Assembly (NCBI GenBank): GCA_033442325.1
Contig: JAWQFM010000001.1
Span: forward strand, 820,853 to 863,389
DNA: 42,537 nucleotides
Source: Salpingoeca rosetta
Taxonomy: Eukaryota > Protista > Choanoflagellata
Direction of reading: 5' to 3'
Below the pieces are notes generated by a model. That model saw only the letters and a program-made list of their open reading frames with translations. It had not been told where the DNA came from and did no database searches. The number at the start of each line of letters is the position of its first letter. Positions within the stretch are counted from its first letter, which is position 1. A program made the translations under genes and the position numbers. Below, in pieces: positions 27,832-42,537 of this stretch.

Positions 27832-28275
27832 TTGTGACAGCAAGAGAGCGCGTTGTTGACATGAGAACGCAGCGAACGTGGTTGTTGTTGGTGTCAACGA
27901 ACACACGATCTTACACGTGCGTACATTTGAACGTTCATGCATTTGTTCGTTCGGGCATTCGTCGCGTGCTAATGCACACGCATGCACACACATGCACAGA
28001 CACACACAAGCATACGCATCCATACATCCATATCCGCGCTCACAGACACAAGCCAGTGCCAACAAGCAAGCAAGCACACCTCTGCTCTCTTGTTGTCTCT
28101 CCTTGCCCCTGTGGCCAACGACCAGTGGAAAATTGTAGACAAGAAAGCCAATTTTCAGCGCCTGCTGCAGCCAAATTCGAAACACAACAACAGTCGCAAC
28201 CGTCCTGTCTTTGGCCATCCACCTGCCTGCATCCTCTCCTCCTGCCACACACCTCCAGCTTGCACCCTCACTTGT

Positions 28276-29463
28276 ATGGAGTCACAGCGCCGGCGAGGGC
28301 CGCCTCAGCCCTCAATGCACCAACAACCAAGCAAGGAGGCACTCGTGTCTGCGTCAAGGCTGCTGGATTTATCTGGGGACGACGCAAGCGGAAGGAACAG
28401 CTGGCTGTTTGCGTCACAGCCACCTGGTCATGACGGTGGTCCTTCCACCCACTCACAGCACCATCACATGCGACGCGAGGCGCCTGCTTCATCCCTGGCC
28501 GCGCCAAACGAGCTCGCACTCTCCGTGCTTCGACGCCACCTCCAAGGTACAGAGCAGCAACAGCAGCAACAACGGCAACGGCAACAGCAAAGGCAACAGC
28601 AACATTGGCAACAGCACACTGAGCACAAGCAGCCGCGACAACAGACACAACACCGAAAAAAGAACGAGGCTCAGGCCCTTGCCGAGGAGATCGCAGCACA
28701 GCTTCCATCCAACGCAGATCCCAACACAACATTTGAAATTCATGAGGCACCCGCAAAGGTATTGCATGTACTCGTTTCTGCATGCGTATCCAACACACAC
28801 GCACACACACTCAGACCTACACACCTACACTACACGCACACGCACACACACGCACACACACATGCACACACACATGCACACACACACATCTACACACACA
28901 CACATGCTCACGCACACACACGCACACACACATGCACACACACATCCACACACACACACACATGCACACACACACCTCCACACCTACACGCACACTCCTA
29001 CACTCGCTCACTCACGCACACCTACACACACTCGCTCACACGCACCTACACCCACGCACACTCATTCCTGAGTGCTTGCAGGCATTGGACATTCCTGTTA
29101 CGCAGCGCGTTTTTCATGATCTCCCCAGCATACAGCAGCAACCTGAAGCGGCAAAACCAACAGAGTATGCAAAGCCAAAGAAGTATCGAAACACAAAGCC
29201 GCGCGTGCGCCAATCCTCCCAGCTGACCTGCCAGCCCATGTAAGTCAGCTCATGGCAGCGGCATTCCTTCGTCCGCAACCCCCAGTGAGCTATGTTTATG
29301 TTGCAGTTGACCACGTTGTACACTCCCGCTCGCAGCAGACACCCATGCTACATCACTGCTCCATCTCGAACATTCACATATCAATCAAAACTGCAGAGAG
29401 GACATTGATCTCAGCTTCCGATCCTTTGACCTTATTCCCCCACCGCACCGGTTCGTATTGCAC

Positions 29464-29525
<62 letters not shown>

Positions 29526-29595
29526 CGTGTGTTTGGGTTTACATGTACATGTCTGACTCAGAGTCAACGACTTTTATCGCGTCCGGAGACGCTGA
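28276..29595 (+). CDS. Hypothetical protein, possibly PPP1R35-like (centriolar); start uncertain
   Basis: Phase-consistent exons ..-28758, 29082-29239, 29397-29450 and 29562-29595 give ..EAPAK|[49 protein letters not shown]. This resembles the PPP1R35 C-terminal domain as recalled (LNVP...LFRDLVSL...F.(L/M)YR.LRRW). Confidence 0.55.
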
Positions 29596-30062
29596 AGCGA
29601 GCTGGTACTCAGTTTTCACTCCACACCTGTATTCACATCAAGCGCATGCTTGCTTGCTGCTGCACCACCATGCCGTCACTGGGGCAAACAGGACAACGGC
29701 AGCACGAGCACCACCGCCAACTGACCGGTCTTTCGAGCGCGCCACCTTTCTCAGTCGACACGGCGTCGAGTGACACCGTGCGCATATGTGTGTGTGTGTG
29801 TGTGTGCATGTGCGCCGAGTTACAAATGTGTCAACGATGTTCATCCTGCAGGACATGTACAGCTGACTACCTTCCTCTCGCCTGCCCCGTTGCTTCCCTT
29901 CCCCTCCCTTCTGGTTACCTTGTGTGTTTGTTTATTGCGACCTCTGTACAAACGTATAATCGCAAACACTGCTGTGTGTGCGTGTAAACGACGACCGACC
30001 ACGATACGACACAAACGAAATGGTGTACAGCACAACAGGACACCACCACACGTATTCACGCC

Positions 30063-30744
30063 TCACTGCGGGGCTGGAAACTTCACATCCACCCCCTGTT
30101 GTTGTTGCTGTTGCTGCTGCTGTTGTTGTTTCTCTTGGTCCTCCTTGTCGCCCAGCTCTGTGAAGTGGGCGCCCATCACCTTGAAATACTCCTTGAAGAA
30201 CCGGAGCACCTGCTCGTTTGCAGTGTTGTTGGTTGGGCAAATTCGCAACGTGAGCCACAATGTATGTATGTATGTGTGTGTGCGTATGTGTGTGTGTGTA
30301 TGTATGTATGTATGTATGTATGTATGTATGTATGTATGTATGTATGTATGTATGTATGTATGTATGTATGTATGTATGTATGTATGTATGTATGTATGTA
30401 TGTATGTATGTATGTGTGTGTGCGTGTGTGTGTGTGTGTGCGGCTAGCTGCTGTTGCGCTTACCTTGTCGTTGTTTGCGTATTTCTTCTTTGCTGCTGCA
30501 GGGTCCTTCTGAAAGTCCGACAGTGCTTCAACAAACGATGGGTCTGTCAGCGTGCAGCAGGGCCAACAAGCAGGGATGAGTTGCTCAAACCGACACCACG
30601 AACACGACCAAGAGCAAAACAATGACTCAAAACACAACACGCACACGCACACGCACGCAAGCACAAACACAAACGCAAACACAAAACCACACACACACAC
30701 ACACACGCACGCACGCAAGCACAAACACAAACGCAAACACAAAA

Positions 30745-30798
<54 letters not shown>

Positions 30799-31601
30799 AC
30801 ATGCTCTCACACACCTGACAGACACTGGAGAAGGAAAGGGTTGCTTTGAAACCGCTTGAGGAGGTCCGCGTTCAGCCACTGATCCTCTGCAACAAAACAA
30901 CACCAAGTACAGCAGGAACCGACTTGGCAGTGAGAAGAATTCAAAAGGTGGTTCACACCCTCTGCGCGTCACACCAGCTGACAAACACACAAGTGCAACG
31001 AACAAGGAGCGCCTGCTGAAATGGAAAGAAGATGACCACACGCACTTGTCCGCTCGAGAAACGGCGTCGCTTCACGAAGAGACTCTTGGACCTCAGGCAG
31101 CACGCCAACGGGCGTGTCCTTCGCCGACGCCTTGGGCCGAATCGTCTCAATCTCCTCCACCTTTTTCTTGGGTGCTGTTGTTGCCCTCTTCTGTCTGCTC
31201 TGCGCCGTCTTCTTCTTCGCTGGCTTGCTGTCGCTGCCCAGTCCGCCAGATAGGAACCCTTTGGAGAAGCCACCAAAGAAGCCGCCGCCGCCGCCGCCGC
31301 CACTGCTGCCACTTTTCGCGCTGCTCTTGCTCTTTGTTGCCTGCTTCCTCTGTGTGGTTGATGTGTTGCTGCTGGTAGTTGCCTTTGTTGGCCGTGCAGT
31401 GGCTGTGGACGACTTTGTCGCCGCATTTGTTGGCGTGCCACTGCTGCTCTTCGCGGTGTGCTTGGTGGTGGTTGTTCTTGCCGAAGACGATGAGCTCGGT
31501 GTCGTTGCAGTGGCTTGTTTCAGCTGCCGCAGCTTCCCCAGCAGCGCAAGCTCTTCCTCCATGTCCTCCAAAGGAGGTGGAAGATCGTCATCATCAGCCA
31601 T
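30063..31601 (-). CDS. Uncharacterised STI1/HOP-DP-domain protein (4 exons)
   Basis: [14 protein letters not shown]...[10 protein letters not shown]...[12 protein letters not shown]|[23 protein letters not shown]|[27 protein letters not shown]|[20 protein letters not shown] introns are phase-consistent, and the NP/DP helices are typical of STI1. Confidence 0.75.
30297..30414. repeat. (TATG)n/(CATA)n tetranucleotide microsatellite, intronic
   Basis: Directly visible. Confidence 0.9.
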
Positions 31602-31767
31602 ACTCTATGTGTGTGTGTGTGTGTGTGTGTGCGTGTGTGTGTGTGCGTGCGTGCTTCACTTTGTTGTTTGCTTCTCGCTCTTTGGCGTCGTTACGGAACG
31701 TTTAATGAAGTTATGTTATTCACAGAATTCAGCACTCACAGCAACGTTGATGACTGTGGTGGTCTTG

Positions 31768-41820
<10,053 letters not shown>

Positions 41821-42419
41821 GCCCGGTGAATATGGGGATGTGGCGGTCCGTGGGGAAGCAGGCGCACGCGACGGCGGCGCTGAGCTGTGCGCTGTGCGCT
41901 GTTGCTGTGTCTTTGCTGTGGGCTGTGTCTTGTCTTCTGACTCTGTGTATTCGCAACTGTGCTGCTGGAAATTAATTGCATAAAGTAGTCAGAAGGACTT
42001 GTGGCAACGGGGGTGCGTCTGCATTCCCGGTGGCCCACATTCGGCTGTAATTGCACCTGCAATTGGCAAATCAGCTCCTTTCCCAGTCGGCCACACCGCA
42101 AAACAACCAAAGCCCAAAGTGTCTGAGCAGACACCTCTAACTCATGTAAACCAACCAACAACCCGGCCAGACGGAGACAGAGAGAAAGAGAGAGGGAGAG
42201 AGAGAGAGAGAGAAAGTATGCGTCCGTGTGTGTGTGCGTGTGCGTGACTTAATAGGGCCCTGTTAACCGCCTGTACGAGTTTTATTTGGGTGTGACATTC
42301 CCTGCACGAGATCGTCTATATTGCTATTCGACCACATCAACAACCATGCCTCGAACTACATAGACGCTTGAATCCCTCAGACTAACACAGGATGCGACCC
42401 ACACGCGCAGGTCCCTCCT

Positions 42420-42481
42420 ATTTTTTTTCATTTTTAGGATTTTTTTTTTATTTTTAATTTGTGATGATCCGGACTCATTCC

Positions 42482-42536
<55 letters not shown>

Positions 42537-42537
42537 T
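42420..42537. other. AT-rich segment ending in a ~50-nt poly-T at the window end
   Basis: Abrupt compositional shift from the GC-rich background. Confidence 0.6.

Noticed and set aside
42460-42485. gtgatga as a C-box of a snoRNA
   Set aside because: No downstream D-box (CTGA) or terminal stem is visible before the poly-T.

Overview
Eukaryotic, intron-rich, gene-dense, GC-rich DNA in which nearly every intron carries (CA)n/(GT)n/(CTCA)n microsatellites. This style suggests a choanoflagellate such as Salpingoeca rosetta (inference, not verified). Most ORFs in the six-frame track are microsatellite artefacts. Hand-splicing at GT-AG sites gives about 10 genes: (1) a 5'-truncated giant tandem-repeat protein built from ~34-35-aa SAXO/Mn-like units; (2) mitofusin (-); (3) coatomer delta/ARCN1 (-); (4) an SH3 protein with a FAM107/DUF1151-like tail (+); (5) HSD17B10 (-); (6) a compact ELL-like elongation factor (+); (7) TMED10/p24-delta (-); (8) a PPP1R35-like protein (+); (9) an STI1/DP-domain protein (-); (10) a MED16-like gene (-) with a ~600-aa low-complexity N-terminus including Q76. 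There is a 100-N assembly gap, and the window ends in poly-T. Family calls come from remembered motifs, not database searches. The most notable candidates are the repeat protein with roughly 55-60 motif units, the SH3-FAM107-like fusion, the IDR-extended MED16 and the polarised intronic microsatellites.
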